DNA of 64,000 nucleotides from Octopus sinensis. Taxonomy: Eukaryota. The stretch's first letter is position 1, and each line of letters opens with the position of its first letter. Position numbers and translations under genes: made by a program. Positions 51,463-64,000 of the stretch are shown here, piece after piece. The notes beneath the pieces are model-generated. The model was not told the origin of the DNA and did no database searches. It was given only the letters and a program-made list of their open reading frames with translations. Location: positions 40,858,001-40,922,000 of the forward strand of contig NC_043009.1 in NCBI RefSeq assembly GCF_006345805.1, written 5' to 3'.

Positions 51463-52665
51463 GACAGAAACCAAGTAACTAAATGATTTGACCATTACAA
51501 AAAGAAAAAAAGAAAGAAAAAGTAAAAAAAAAAAACAAAAGCAAAAAAACAAAACAACCCACTTCTCTTGTACTGGCCAAGAACTATTTAATGGAGTTAG
51601 AGAAAGATTATTCAAAAAAAGTGAAAGCAGAGCAGTCTATGTAAGCTTTTCTCATCCTGGCAACAAAGGAACACAGTTGATTCCCCTTTGACTGTGAGGC
51701 ATCGAATTTCTTTTGTACTACCACAAAAAAACGCCACACAATCAACATACATTCACCATTACAGTACAAACAATGCTTCATGAATGAAGGGGTGAGAAAC
51801 AAATTGATCCTTTAAAAAAATCACATAAAACAGAACAAAGGCTTACTTCTTCTTCAGGTCCCTATGGGCCAATGGCAGCCTTAAACTGTTGTCGTTTGAT
51901 CAGTGAGCCAGTAATGTTTTCATTATTATTTCTGCACTTGCTTAATTACAAACTGTGATAGTATTTTTAGTTAGCCACACAACTTATTTTTTTTTGGAAT
52001 ATTAGTATCATTATTACTATTGTTGTTGTTGTTGTTGATATAATATTTATTTTGTTAAAATCTCAAAAGTGGTACTTATTGTTATATTACTATACAACCA
52101 AAGCAAATGGGTTATATTACTAAAGAAACCAGCACAGTACCATCTGTAGCATGATGGAAAAACCAAAGATGGCATATCAAATCTTTAACACCCTGTTGAA
52201 AACTTTGAAAGTTTGGGAATTTTAACCCTTTCATTACTGTATTTGTTTTGAGATGCTCTTTTACTCTCTTTAACTCTTTTACTTGTTTCAGTCGTTTGAC
52301 TGCGACCATGCAAGAGCACAGCCTTTTAGTCAAGCAAATCGACCCCAGGACTTATTCTTTGGAAGCCCAGTACTTATTCTATTGGTCTCTTTTGCTGAAC
52401 CGCTAAGTTACAGGGACATAAACACACCAGCATTGGTTGTCAAGTGATGTTGGGGGGGGGGGAAACAAACAAAGACACTCAAACACACACACATATATAT
52501 ACATATATACGACGGGCTTCTTTCAGTTTCTGTCTACCAAATCCACTCACAAGGCTTTTGGTCAGCCCAAAGCTATAGTAGAAGACATTTTCTCAAGTTG
52601 CCACGCAGTGGGACTGAACCCGAAACCATGTGGTTGGTAAGCAAGCTACTTACCACACAGCCACA

Positions 52666-52792
52666 CCTTTCTTCATACATTCTGTGACCTCATCAGTGAC
52701 TCTCAGTAACTCTATTTCCAGGTATCTCCTCTTAACAAAAGGAGACACATAGGACAGAGTTACTGATGAGGTCACAGAATGTGTGAAAAAGG
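52666..52792. repeat. Inverted repeat / fold-back element
   Basis: cattctgtgacctcatcagt...actct pairs with agagttactgatgaggtcacagaatg; inner tctcct/aggaga hairpin. Confidence 0.7.
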
Positions 52793-54442
52793 AATTTTGA
52801 CCGACATATAAACTATAAGTAATACTAATAAAAACTAAAATGAAGATCAAATAAATAGTGTGCATGTTTAATTGGCAAAAAAAGAAAAAAAATACCATCC
52901 CCAAGCATGACAATGATGATGATCATCATCGTTTAACGTCTGCTTTCCATGCTAGCATGGGTTGGATGATTTGACTGAGGACTGGCGGACCAGATATCTG
53001 CACCAGGCTCCATTCTTGATCTGGAAGAATTTCTACAGCTGGATGGCCTTCCTAATGCCAACCACTCCGAGAGTGTAGTGGACGCTTTTACGTGCCACCG
53101 GCATGAGGGCTAGTCAGGCGGTACTGGCAATGGCCACGCTCAAATGGTGTTTTTTACGTGCCACCTGCACAGGAGCCTGTCCAGTGGCACTGGCAACGAC
53201 CTTGCCCGAATGTATTTTCATGTGCCACCGGCACAAGTGCCAGTAAGGTAACGCTGGTAACGATTACGCTCGAATGGTGCTTTTTATGTGCCACCAGCAT
53301 GGAAGCCAGTTAGCCACTCAGGCTAAGGATAATTATATCAAAATTCTTTTTAACCCAAAAGTAAAAAATAAAATCTGTAAGATAGCAGTTACTTTCTTGC
53401 ACCTGTAAATATTTTCACGTGAGCATACATTCACACACACACACACACAACTGAAACTCTATCACCAAATATAAGTAAGCATTGGGCATTTCAAAATAAT
53501 TGGATGCCTTTTAATTTGGAAATTTAACAGTTTCAAAATATAAGGCTGAGGGAAAGGAAGCTGTACCAACATTCGGATGGTATTCATTTGCAGTAGAGTA
53601 GATCATAGTAGAGTGAAATGAAGTATGCTGCACAATGACACAGTGTGCCGCCGAAATTGAGGAATTGAACCCGTGACCTTATGTTCATGAGCTCAACACC
53701 TTAAACACATACATGCAGATGGTGTGTGCTTGTGTTTGTGTTTATATGTATGTCGTTTGTGTTCCAATATTCTGTGTAAACAAATCTGACCATGGGGAAA
53801 TAGCATCTTGCTTGGAAACTGGTGAGGGTTGGCAACAGGCAGGGCACCCACCTGGAGAAAATCTGCCTCAAAAAGTTTTCTCCAACCCATGCGTGCATGG
53901 AAAGGCAGATGTTAAACAATGATTATACATATTTATATAGGACTGGGTGTGTGGTAAGAAACTTGCTTCCCAATCACATGGTTCCGGGTTCAGTACCACT
54001 GCATGGCACCTTGGGCAAGTGTCTTCTACTATAACCTCAGGCCGACCAAAGCCTTGTGAGTGGATTTGGTAGATAGAAACTGAAAGAAGCCTGTCATGTG
54101 TGTGTGTGTGTATGTATTTGCGTGTCTGTGTTTGTCCTCCCACCATCACTTGACAACCAATGTTAGTGCGTTTACATCCCCATAACTTAGTGGTTTGGCA
54201 CAAGAGACCAATGAAGTAAGTACTAGGCTTACAAAGAATAAGTCCTGGGGGGTAATTTGTTCGACTAAAGGTGGTGCTCCAGGATGGCCGTAGTCAAATG
54301 ACTGAAACATGTTAAAGAATAATAAATATATATAATGTATATATATAAATTTTAGGGTAGCAAAAAAATCTAGAAAAATTCTCCGCTACCAGTGGTCTAG
54401 CGAGAAGGAAAAAATAGTCAATAGACTATATAATATACATTT

Positions 54443-54698
54443 AAACACATAAGAGATGGCCATAATAGGACATCTGACTCACTAGAAAGAGCAGTTAAAC
54501 TCCAAACCACTAATAGATGTAATTCTGAAATGGAAAGAGAAATAAAAACGTTTACCCTATCTTTTCTGGACTATGCATAGTTTCGGCAATCTTTTGTAAA
54601 TAAAATAAAATGATAAAATTACAACTATTAGTGGTTTAGAGCTTAACTGCTCTTTCTAGTGAGTCAGATGTCCAATTGTGGCCATCTCTTATGTGTTT
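54443..54698. mobile_element. Long-inverted-repeat element (MITE-like), ~80-bp arms
   Basis: 54443-54524 versus 54617-54698, few mismatches. Confidence 0.75.
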
Positions 54699-54700
54699 TA

Positions 54701-54741
<41 letters not shown>

Positions 54742-54875
54742 AAATAGCGGGGTTTAGTTCACAGGTGATCTAAATGACTAGCTACACTGGTTAAGTGTTG
54801 TAATGGATTATCAGGGTTTCATGGTCATATAGCTGAGACGGGAATTATGGGACCATTGTAGATTTCTGATATAAC

Positions 54876-55038
<163 letters not shown>

Positions 55039-55267
55039 CATCATCCCCATCATTGTTTAACGTCTGCTTTCCATGCTAGCATGGGTTGGACGATTTGACT
55101 GAGGACTGGCGAACAAGATGGCAGCACCAGACTCCAATTTGATCTGGCAGAGTTTCTACAGCTGGATATATATATATAGTTAATCCAAACATCAAAGCAC
55201 AAAAAACACAACAATGCGAGGACGTGGAACAAATATAGTATTATTGGACGCTCAGGAAAGAAGGAGG

Positions 55268-55302
55268 GTTTAACGTTTCGAGCGGAGCTCTTCGTCGGAA
55301 AC
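55268..55302 (-). ncRNA. Minimal hammerhead-like motif, U4C variant
   Basis: guuu-CCGACGA-A-gagc(ucc)gcuc-GAAA-CG-UU^aaac. Confidence 0.55.
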
Positions 55303-55404
55303 ATAGGAGAAGGAAAGATCCAGAGAAGGGAAGACAGAGGAAAAAAAAATCGCCTACGGTACACACGCGGTCACATATATATATATACACACATAAACAG
55401 AAAG

Positions 55405-55435
<31 letters not shown>

Positions 55436-55953
55436 GAGAGAGAGAGAGAGAAGATAGCCAGGTAGATAGACAGATAAACATAGATATGCATGTGTATGTA
55501 TATAGATATTTAGATAAATAATACTTTTACAGTGCTCAATGAAATTTATGATAACTTTCTTTTATTTTCACCCGGCCACACAATGCCAATTCTGAGATAA
55601 GCTGCAGCAGTATGAGGCTGCCAGCTGCTGCATAAATGTCCAGAATAGGAAACATTCGAACGTTTGAGAACAGCAGCAGCTAAGTTTAAGACCCCAGGAA
55701 GTTGTGTAGAAGCAGACCCTCCAACACCAACACCTCCTCTTTCTCAAATTCCCCACCTTCCATTTAAGAGGCAAACATCCCTTATCAGCATTTGCTTTTG
55801 TCATGTCTGGGCAGCAAGAGTAATCTTCACATTTCATACCATAACACATAGAACTAACAAACAATATTGTTTATAGAGAAACATAATAATCAACACACTA
55901 TTTAGTTTTGCATGAAAAATACTTTCAAAATTTATACACAAATCTACATTATG

Positions 55954-55997
<44 letters not shown>

Positions 55998-58002
55998 AAT
56001 TATAAAGTTTCAACAAGAGGTTGGTTTTCTTATTGTTTTTTAATAGTGAAAGAAGTCTAAACTGTTTTATAAGTGCTAAAGTAATTTGTTTAAGCTATTT
56101 ATGAATGCAGGCAACACTGAGAACTTGTTGCTAGTATGTCATAAAATAAACATCCTTGCTTCAGAGTTTACATATACTTTACCTCTATTTCAAATATTTT
56201 TCCTGCAACTCTTGTACATGGTGTAGTGGTTAGGGCGTTGCGCCCACAATCATAAGGTAGTGGTTTCTATTCTCGGACTGGGGTGTCAGTGCATTGTGTT
56301 CCTGAACAAAACACTACATTTCATGTTGCTTCAATCCTCTTAGATATACAGGAGTTCCAGCAATACCTATGAGATTAAACCGGCGAAGAACTGGCACCTC
56401 ATTTGGGAGGGAGTGTCGCAATCTCACTCAGGTATATGCCATAGAAACTGAGCTAAGCTCTGATGTTTGTCTGTGTTTGTGTGGCTCTGTTCAAACCAGT
56501 TAACTGAGACTGTGCTGAGTCCTTCCTGCTCCATAACTTAGCAGCTGAACAAACAGATTTTGATAAAATAAGTACCAGATTAGGTTAACCTTTTAACATT
56601 CAAACTACTCTTCTTCAAAGCTTTGGGATTTTGATGATCATCATTATAATCACCGTTTAATGTCTGCTGGCATGGGTTGGACGGTTTGACTGAGGACTGG
56701 CAAGCCAGGAGGATGCACTAGGCTCCAGTCTGGTCTGGCAAGGTTTCTACAGCTGGATGCTCTTCCTAACGTCAATCTCTCCAAGAGTGTAGTGGATGCT
56801 GTTTACGTGCCACTGGCACGGAGGCCAGTCAGGCAGCACTGACATTGACTACACTCAAATGGTGCTTTTTACATGCCACCGGCATTTGAACTAATCAGGC
56901 AGTACTTGCATCAACAATGCTCGTATGGTACATTTTATGTGCCACCGGTACAGCACTGGCATTGGCCATGCTCGAATGGTGCATTTTACATGCCAGTCAG
57001 CCGGTACTAGCATTGCCCATGGCAACAATTTCACTTGACTTCACAGGTCTTCTCAAGCACAGCATAATACCCAACAATTGAAGGGTACTCTTAAATAGGC
57101 TGGCTATGCAGACATTGCAGAGTAGATGTGAGAGGCTAAATCAGGCCAGTTTGAACACAAAACAAGTAGACTATTTGGGCTGGATATGAAAACTTTAAAA
57201 ATGCACTGGATTAAGGGTGTAGCCCAGTTATAGCCAAATGACTGAAACCAGTAAAAAGAAGCAAATAAAACAAAAAGAAGAATGCAGTTATATCCAACAA
57301 ATATTGTTATAAACCATCCTTTCCGATCTCATCTGCATTTCATCCCTATCACCCCTGTATCACTTTACAAATGTCTGTTGCCTTATTTATTCAATGTCTC
57401 TTTAATAAATAAATTTTCAAGTTATTTCTATTAATTTTTCAGTTAATATTCCTACTAATGTTTACACAACACAATGCATCACAGCGCATATGAATCACTT
57501 GCCTGCAAAACAACACAGCACCAGCCTTGCTTCAAATTAATTTTCCCAGTTACAAGCCATACACGGAACATGTGAATCTGAGCACAAAAGGCTCACAATC
57601 GTGTACTGAATTGGAAGGAGATTAAATGAGATGAAGACTGAAATCCTTCATGTTCTCACTAAGATGTTTAAATCACAGTATTGTTTAATTATGTAAAGAT
57701 TTCTTTTAAAGGATTAATTAAATCTTAATATTGTCATTTCTTCATCCACAATAAGGAATATAATACCAAGATGGCATTATGATAGTAAAGAATATTTACT
57801 GAGTGTATTCTGGTTTTAAACCAAGTACACTGTGTTCCTGCATGTTTTAAGGGTTGGCAAAACGGAGCACAGCCTGGTTGTAAAGCACAGACTTTGGAAA
57901 ACCTGTCCAACCCATTCCAGCTTGGAAAAGCAGGCGGAAAATGCTGAATGATGATTTAGTGGTAGGTTAGCATGGTGGTATGAAATATGTTGGTATACTC
58001 TC

Positions 58003-59424
58003 ACTCTTTTACTCTTTTACTTGTTTCAGTCATTTGACTGCGGCCATGCTGGAGCACTGCCTTTAGTCAAGCAAATCGACCCTGGGACTTATTCTTTGTA
58101 AGCCCAGTACTTATTCTATCGGTCTCTTTTGCCGAACTGCTAAGTGACGGGGACGTAAACACACCAGCATCGGTTGTCAAGCTATGCTAGGGGGACAAAC
58201 ACAGACACACAAACACACACATACATATATATATATACATATATACGACAGGCTTCTTTCAGTTTCCATCTACCAAATCCACTCACAAGGCATTGGTCGG
58301 CCCGGGGCTATAGCAGAAGACACTTGCCCAAGATGCCACGCAATGGGACTGAACCCGGAACCATGTGGTTGGTTAGCAAGCTACTTACCACACAGCCACT
58401 CCTGCGCCTATGGTATGGTGGTATAGAATATGGAATATGATAGTAGCATGGTGGATCAGCTATATAAAACTCAGAGTAGTTATACCAGGATCATTTCTAT
58501 GGCCAGCTCTACTCTTGCCTCCAGTTCACAATTGGAAACAAATATTAAAAAAAACAAAAATCATTATGATTAGCTAGAGTAACAGTTGGTGATACAGAAA
58601 CATTATCATCACCACCACCACCACCACCACCACCACAACAACTGTCATCATTGATTCCATCACTACCATTGCCGCTGCTACTACTGTTGCTACAACAACC
58701 TCCTCCACCACAACCACCACCACTCCTATCACTGCTGTCGCTGCCACTACCACCACCGCCACCAGTACTCCTGCTGCTGCCGCAATGGCCACCACCACTA
58801 CTACTACCATCACCATCACTGCCACCCCACCAACAACAACAGCAATGATGAAGATGATGCTGGTGATGACTACTGTTACAGTAATGATAGCAACAATAAC
58901 AACAACCATCATAAAATAACAACAACCACAATGCCGGCAATATGTGTTAAGAACTGATAGTATATTATCAAATATCTTATATGTTCATATTTACAATTAT
59001 CATCAATTTTGGCAGCTACTATCAGGTAATCTAGAATGGTACTTCTATCATTCTGATATATCATCATCATCATCATCATCGTTTAACGTCCGTTTTCCAT
59101 GCTAGCATGGGTTGGACGGTTCGACCGGGGATCTGGGAAGCCAGAAGGCTGCACCAGGCTCCAGTCTTATCTGGCAATGTTTCTACAGCTGGATGCCCTT
59201 CCTAACGCCAACCACTCCGTGAGTGTAGTGGGTGCTTTTTACGTGCCACCTGCACAGGTGCCAGGCGAGGCTAGCAACGGCCACGGTCGGATTGGTGTAT
59301 TTTATGTGCCACCGGCACGGAAGCCAGTTGAGGCGGCACTGGCATCGGCCACGAGTCGGATAGTGCTTTTTACGTACCACCAGACCAGGGATCCTGGTTG
59401 GTTCAATTCGATTTCGATATATAT

Positions 59425-59492
<68 letters not shown>

Positions 59493-61003
59493 GGAGTAAG
59501 CACATAAATGTGAAACAAGGTGGAAAAAAAGAGTACTCAAATACCGGAGGTAGAGTAATATGCTTTATTTAAAAGCAGAGAAGTGGCTGTGTGGTAAGTA
59601 GCTTGCTAACCAACCACATGGCTCCGAGTTCAGTCCCACTGCGTGGCATCTCGGGCAAGTGTCTTCTGCTATAGACCCGGGCCGATCAATGCCTTGTGAG
59701 TGGATTTGGTAGACGGAAACTGAAAGAAGCCTGTCGTATATATGTATGTGTGTGTATATGTTTGTGTGTCTGTGTTTGTCCCCCTAGCATTGCTTGACAA
59801 CCGATGCTGGTGTGTTTATGTCCCCGTCACTTAGCGGTTCGGCAAAAGAGACTGATAGAATAAGTACTGGGCTTACAAAGAATAAGTCCCGGGGTCGATC
59901 TGCTCGACTAAAGGCAGTGCTCCAGCATGGCCGCAGTCAAATGACTGAAACAGGTAAAAGAAAGAAAAGAGAGAAAGAGAGATAACAAAAGCTGTTACTC
60001 AGAGTTTCACATTCATGTTCATCAGACAGTTTTGTTAAAAAAAACAGCAAAAAAACTGTCCAACGAACGGGAACGTGAAACTCTGAGTAACAGCTTTTGT
60101 TATATTTCTGCTGCTTTTAAATAAAGTATATATATATATATATATGAACTATAACAACCAGTAGAAGACGTAGGACCCACCCCAATTACACACATGTATA
60201 CACACACACACATTTTGTCCAATTCATGCAAGAATGGTAAAGTGGATGCTAAAACGATGATGATGAAAATGACAAAATGACAACAATGATGATGACAGGT
60301 GTGTTTCCTTGGTGAAGAATTTTGCTTCACAACGATGTGGTTTCGGGTTAATCCCAACACACAGCATCTTGGCTGAGTACCATCTAGTACAACCCTTGGG
60401 CCAAACAAAGCTTTGTGACAGGATTTGGTAGACAAAAACTGAGAGAAACTTGTCAAATATGTATATTATATATGCTTGTGTGAGTGTGTATGTGTGTGTG
60501 TGCATGTGTGAGTGTGTGTAGAGACATTTGTGGCCATTGTGCCGTTTTGTATTTTGAAAGACAACGGGAAATGTTACTTTACTTGGAGACATATGAGGGT
60601 TAGCAACAGGAAGAGCATCTGACCATAGAAAAAATTTACCTCGACAAAATCCATCTGACCCATACAGGCATGGAGAAAATTGACATTAAATGATGATGAT
60701 CATCATGATGACAGTGACGACGATAGTGATGGTGGTGGTGGTGAATGACGACGATAGTAGTGGTGCTAATGATGGTGATGATGATGATACACTTTACTCT
60801 TTTTTACTTGTTTTATTTGACTGTGGCCATGCTGGAGCACCGCCTTTTAGTTGAGCAAATCAACTCCAAGACTTATTCTTTGTAAGCCTAGTACTTATTC
60901 TATCAGTCTCTTTTGCCGAACCGCTAAGTTACGGGGACATAAACACACCAGCATTGGTTGCCAAACGATGTTGGGGGGACAAACATAGACACACAAACAC
61001 ATC

Positions 61004-61037
<34 letters not shown>

Positions 61038-62772
61038 TAATAAATAAAATAAAACATATGCATATATATAAACATATATGTACGTACCTACCTCTACATG
61101 TACATATACACGCATATATGAGTACAGGACACCAAAAGGACGTCGAACACAATGAGAAACGAAAACATAGACACAAACCGTACAGGACAATTAACACAAA
61201 GAAAAAACCCCTTCTTCATATATATATATACATACGATGGGCTTCTTTCAGTTTCTGCCTACAAAATCCACTCACAAGGCTTTGGTCAGCCCGAGGATAT
61301 AGAAGAAGACACATGCTCAAGATGCCACGTAGTGGGACTGAACCCGGAACCATGTGGTTGGTAAGCAAGCTACTTACCACACAGCCACTCCTGCACCTAT
61401 GACGATGATGTTGACAATGACTGTTTGGGATAAGTAATGAACTCAACACGATTGACTATTTAAAGGCAAGACCCGCACCAGCATAGTCCGCATTCCAAAG
61501 ACTGGAACCAGTGAAAGACTTAAGTGGCTGTCTGCAGTCCACAAATACCAACAAACACAAACAAGTGAGGCTAATGTAAATAAAAGAAGAAATACTGCAA
61601 AGAGCCAGCCGAGGTAGTTGCTATGACAGCAGAGCTATCAGCCATGTCAGGTGATATCCAATAATATAAAATGGCAGCCTGCAAGACTGTGTCAAGAGAC
61701 AATATAAAACAGTTCCTTATAATTTGACACTATTTAGTTTAACATCCACCCTCCACCCAATAAAATACAATACAAAAAACAGGTAAAACAATCAAAATTC
61801 GTAGAATAAAGCCATCTGTTGTATTTGGCTTTACAGGCCATTATTGTCTCTATTTGTTTTGTTTTTGCTTTCTTCTGACATAAATATTCTTTGCCATTAC
61901 AGCCAAACTACTATGAAGCTACAAGCCAATGGGTTAGTCACGTGGTGGTTGCTCAACATACTGGAAATAGCAGTAAAAAGCCAAAATCCCCCACACCAAT
62001 CGAATCATGCTCTAAAGTGTGATCTTTAAAAAATGGTTGGGTGCTTAAGATTATGTAATCCTTAGTTGTGCCTTATAAAGAGGATTGCCTTCGATCATAG
62101 GGTTGCTGGGTCAGGTCTCACCTAGGGCTAAATGAAATCAACAGCAGCAGCAGCCGTGGAACAAGCAAATGATGGAGCTTCTACATGGTTGCTTGACCTG
62201 GAAAAGCTCGCCAAATCTCCCTCAAATCACATTTTACTGCCTTTAATAATTGGAAGTATATAGATAGATAGATAGATGGATGGATGGACGGATAATATAT
62301 TTATACATAACTCTAAAAAGACTGGATGGTCATGGTTGGGATGTCTTTGATCACAGATCAACTCAGATATGAACCGGGGCTACACAACAACAACTGCTAT
62401 CAAAAACAAACTTTAACTTCCAATCCATATTTGCCTTCACTCTAAGTAGTTTGCTTTGCTGGCATGTGGCCTAGTGGTTAGTGCTTGGCTCATGGTCATA
62501 AGGCTGTGGGTTCAATTTCTGGACTGGGCATTACACTGTATCCTTGTGCAAGACATTTTGCTTCATGCTCCTTTAATTCAAGCAGCTTAACCCTTTCGTT
62601 TCCATAAGTCTGTGGAAATACACTGCCTTTGATTAAATTAACTTACCAACCACATGGTTCCGGGTTCAGTCCCACTGCGTGGCATCTTGGGCAAGTGTCT
62701 TCTGCTATAGCCCCAGGCCGACCAATGCCTTGAGTGGATTTGGTAGATGGAAACTGAAAGATGCCTGTCATA

Positions 62773-62823
<51 letters not shown>

Positions 62824-63040
62824 ATATGTTTGTGTGTCTGTGTTTGTCCCCCTAGCATTGCTTGACAACCAATGCTGGTGTGCTTACGTCCCCGTCACTT
62901 AGCGGTTCGGCAAAAAGAGACCGATAGAATAAGTACTGGGCTTACAAAGAATAAGTCCCGGGGTCGATTTGATCAACTAAAGTGCGGTGCTCCAGCATGG
63001 CCGCAGTCGAATGACTGAAACAAGTAAAAGAAAAAGAAAA
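58003..63040. mobile_element. SINE family A copies at 58003-58408(-), 59581-59960(+), 60790-61398(-, interrupted), 62640-63040(+)
   Basis: Diagnostic sequence as above. The span groups separate copies. Confidence 0.85.
59982..60103. mobile_element. MITE-like hairpin with 29-bp perfect inverted repeats
   Basis: ataacaaaagctgttactcagagtttcac (59982-60010) and gtgaaactctgagtaacagcttttgttat (60075-60103). Confidence 0.8.
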
Positions 63041-63324
63041 GAATGAAGAATTTAGTACAATAACATTGCCGTGAATAAGTTGGCATTTGGAACCTAAACT
63101 AACATGAAGTTTTTGAACGAATGTTTAATTTAGATTACTTTAAAACAGGAAGCTTGTATTATTGACTTGAGGGCAATCTTAGGCAGTTGGGTATCAAAAG
63201 GGTTAAATAAGCACTGTCTGAAATAGTAACTCCGATGGATGTAATATTTTTAAAAACACATTATGTATATATCAGAGAGCGGTGGAACTAATTCTAGTAG
63301 AAGTTAATGAGAATGTTAGGTTGA

Positions 63325-63486
63325 CTTCTGCCTTGTTAGGCATTACCAATAATGTATACTCACTAACAGTATGCTTCAGTGAAATCCATCTCACTGGTTT
63401 TGCAAGTAGCTGCCTGGCTGAGAGGAAGTTATCTTAGTATGCTGACAGTGAGTATATGTTATTGATAATGCCTAATAAGACAGAAA
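63325..63486. repeat. Old imperfect inverted repeat, 52-bp arms
   Basis: 63325-63376 versus 63435-63486, about 11 mismatches, mostly transitions. Confidence 0.7.
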
Positions 63487-64000
63487 TACATCTTACATTT
63501 TCATTCATCACTGCTGGAGTGATTTTCGTCTCCCATGGATGTATTCACATTGAGTTTTTAAGCACATAACATCCATAGGAGATACTATCTCCAGATGACA
63601 ACCTCTGTAAATTTTTACCTATAACAATGCATTTATATTAAATACAATACATAAATGGCTATATATCACGATTACATGGGTCAGATGGAATTAGCTGAGG
63701 CAGATTTTCTATGATCAGATGTCTTCCTGTCACTCACCCTTGTTTCCAACAAAGGTAATATTTTCCTCAAAGCTGAAGTTTTTTTGTGTTTTTTTATAGA
63801 AGATTAGAAACAAATGACATTGTTGGTATGACAATGATGATTGTTTAGAAATATTGTGCTTACAAATAAACACATATAAAGGCTTCTTGCAGTTTTTCAC
63901 TTTGGTCAGCCTTGAGGTCTGTGCTAGAAGATACTTGTCTAAAGTGTAGCGCAGCAGAACTGAACCTGAAACCACATGTCTAGAAAGCAAACTTCTTAAC

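Larger units (their letters stand above)
48841..54312. mobile_element. SINE family A copies at 48841-49235(+), 52258-52665(-), 53940-54312(+)
   Basis: Diagnostic sequence as above. The span groups separate copies and is not one element. Confidence 0.85.

Noticed and set aside
51848-51931. AG...GTaagc-bounded segment on - as a possible BCAT exon
   Set aside because: All three frames contain stops and there is no BCAT similarity.
55568-55864. 98-aa Cys-rich ORF on - (toxin or metallothionein-like?)
   Set aside because: No signal peptide, no regular Cys framework and no splice context; Cys/Trp richness is expected from TG-rich sequence. Kept only as a unique island.
59099-59572. Recurrent ORFs [22 protein letters not shown]... 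(also 14093, 15994, 18413) suggesting a gene family
   Set aside because: They are the antisense reading of the family B repeat; frames and lengths vary between copies.
63360-63435. Frame DNFLSARQLLAKPVRWISLKHTV|gtgag as a possible mitochondrial targeting exon of BCAT
   Set aside because: The apparent donor lies in the arm of an inverted repeat and there is no convincing acceptor.
63730-63800. ITFVGNKG|gtgag on - as the missing ...PTFIGTE exon
   Set aside because: It lacks the YIRP and WVP motifs and the phase does not fit; the resemblance is superficial.

Overview
Eukaryotic, AT-rich, intron- and repeat-dominated DNA, not prokaryotic. The density of SINEs, MITEs and microsatellites and a mollusc-type 5S relic point to a coleoid cephalopod, most likely Octopus (inference). 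Two genes converge tail-to-tail. The long terminal coding exon of Mediator subunit 16 (MED16) is on + at 1593-2293. Six exons of a branched-chain amino-acid aminotransferase (BCAT) are on - (24700 down to 11375); they splice by GT-AG into one open 215-aa C-terminal frame with the PLP lysine and the CXXC motif. I could not find the upstream BCAT exons by eye in the remaining ~39 kb. The rest consists of three or four SINE/RTE-tail families, decayed mariner transposons, CR1 and RTE LINE 3' fragments, many hairpin MITEs, a truncated 5S rRNA pseudogene, minisatellites and microsatellites. Almost every ORF in the supplied track is a repeat artefact. The most interesting unexplained signal is a set of six minimal hammerhead-ribozyme-like motifs (plus one decayed copy; C[U/C]GANGA-stem II-GAAA-palindromic stem III-UH) of the Penelope-associated, dimer-cleaving type, dispersed on both strands. 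There are also many inverted repeat pairs able to form dsRNA in the BCAT pre-mRNA. No CRISPR array or prokaryotic system is present. Repeat boundaries are approximate; exon and TIR coordinates were counted by hand.
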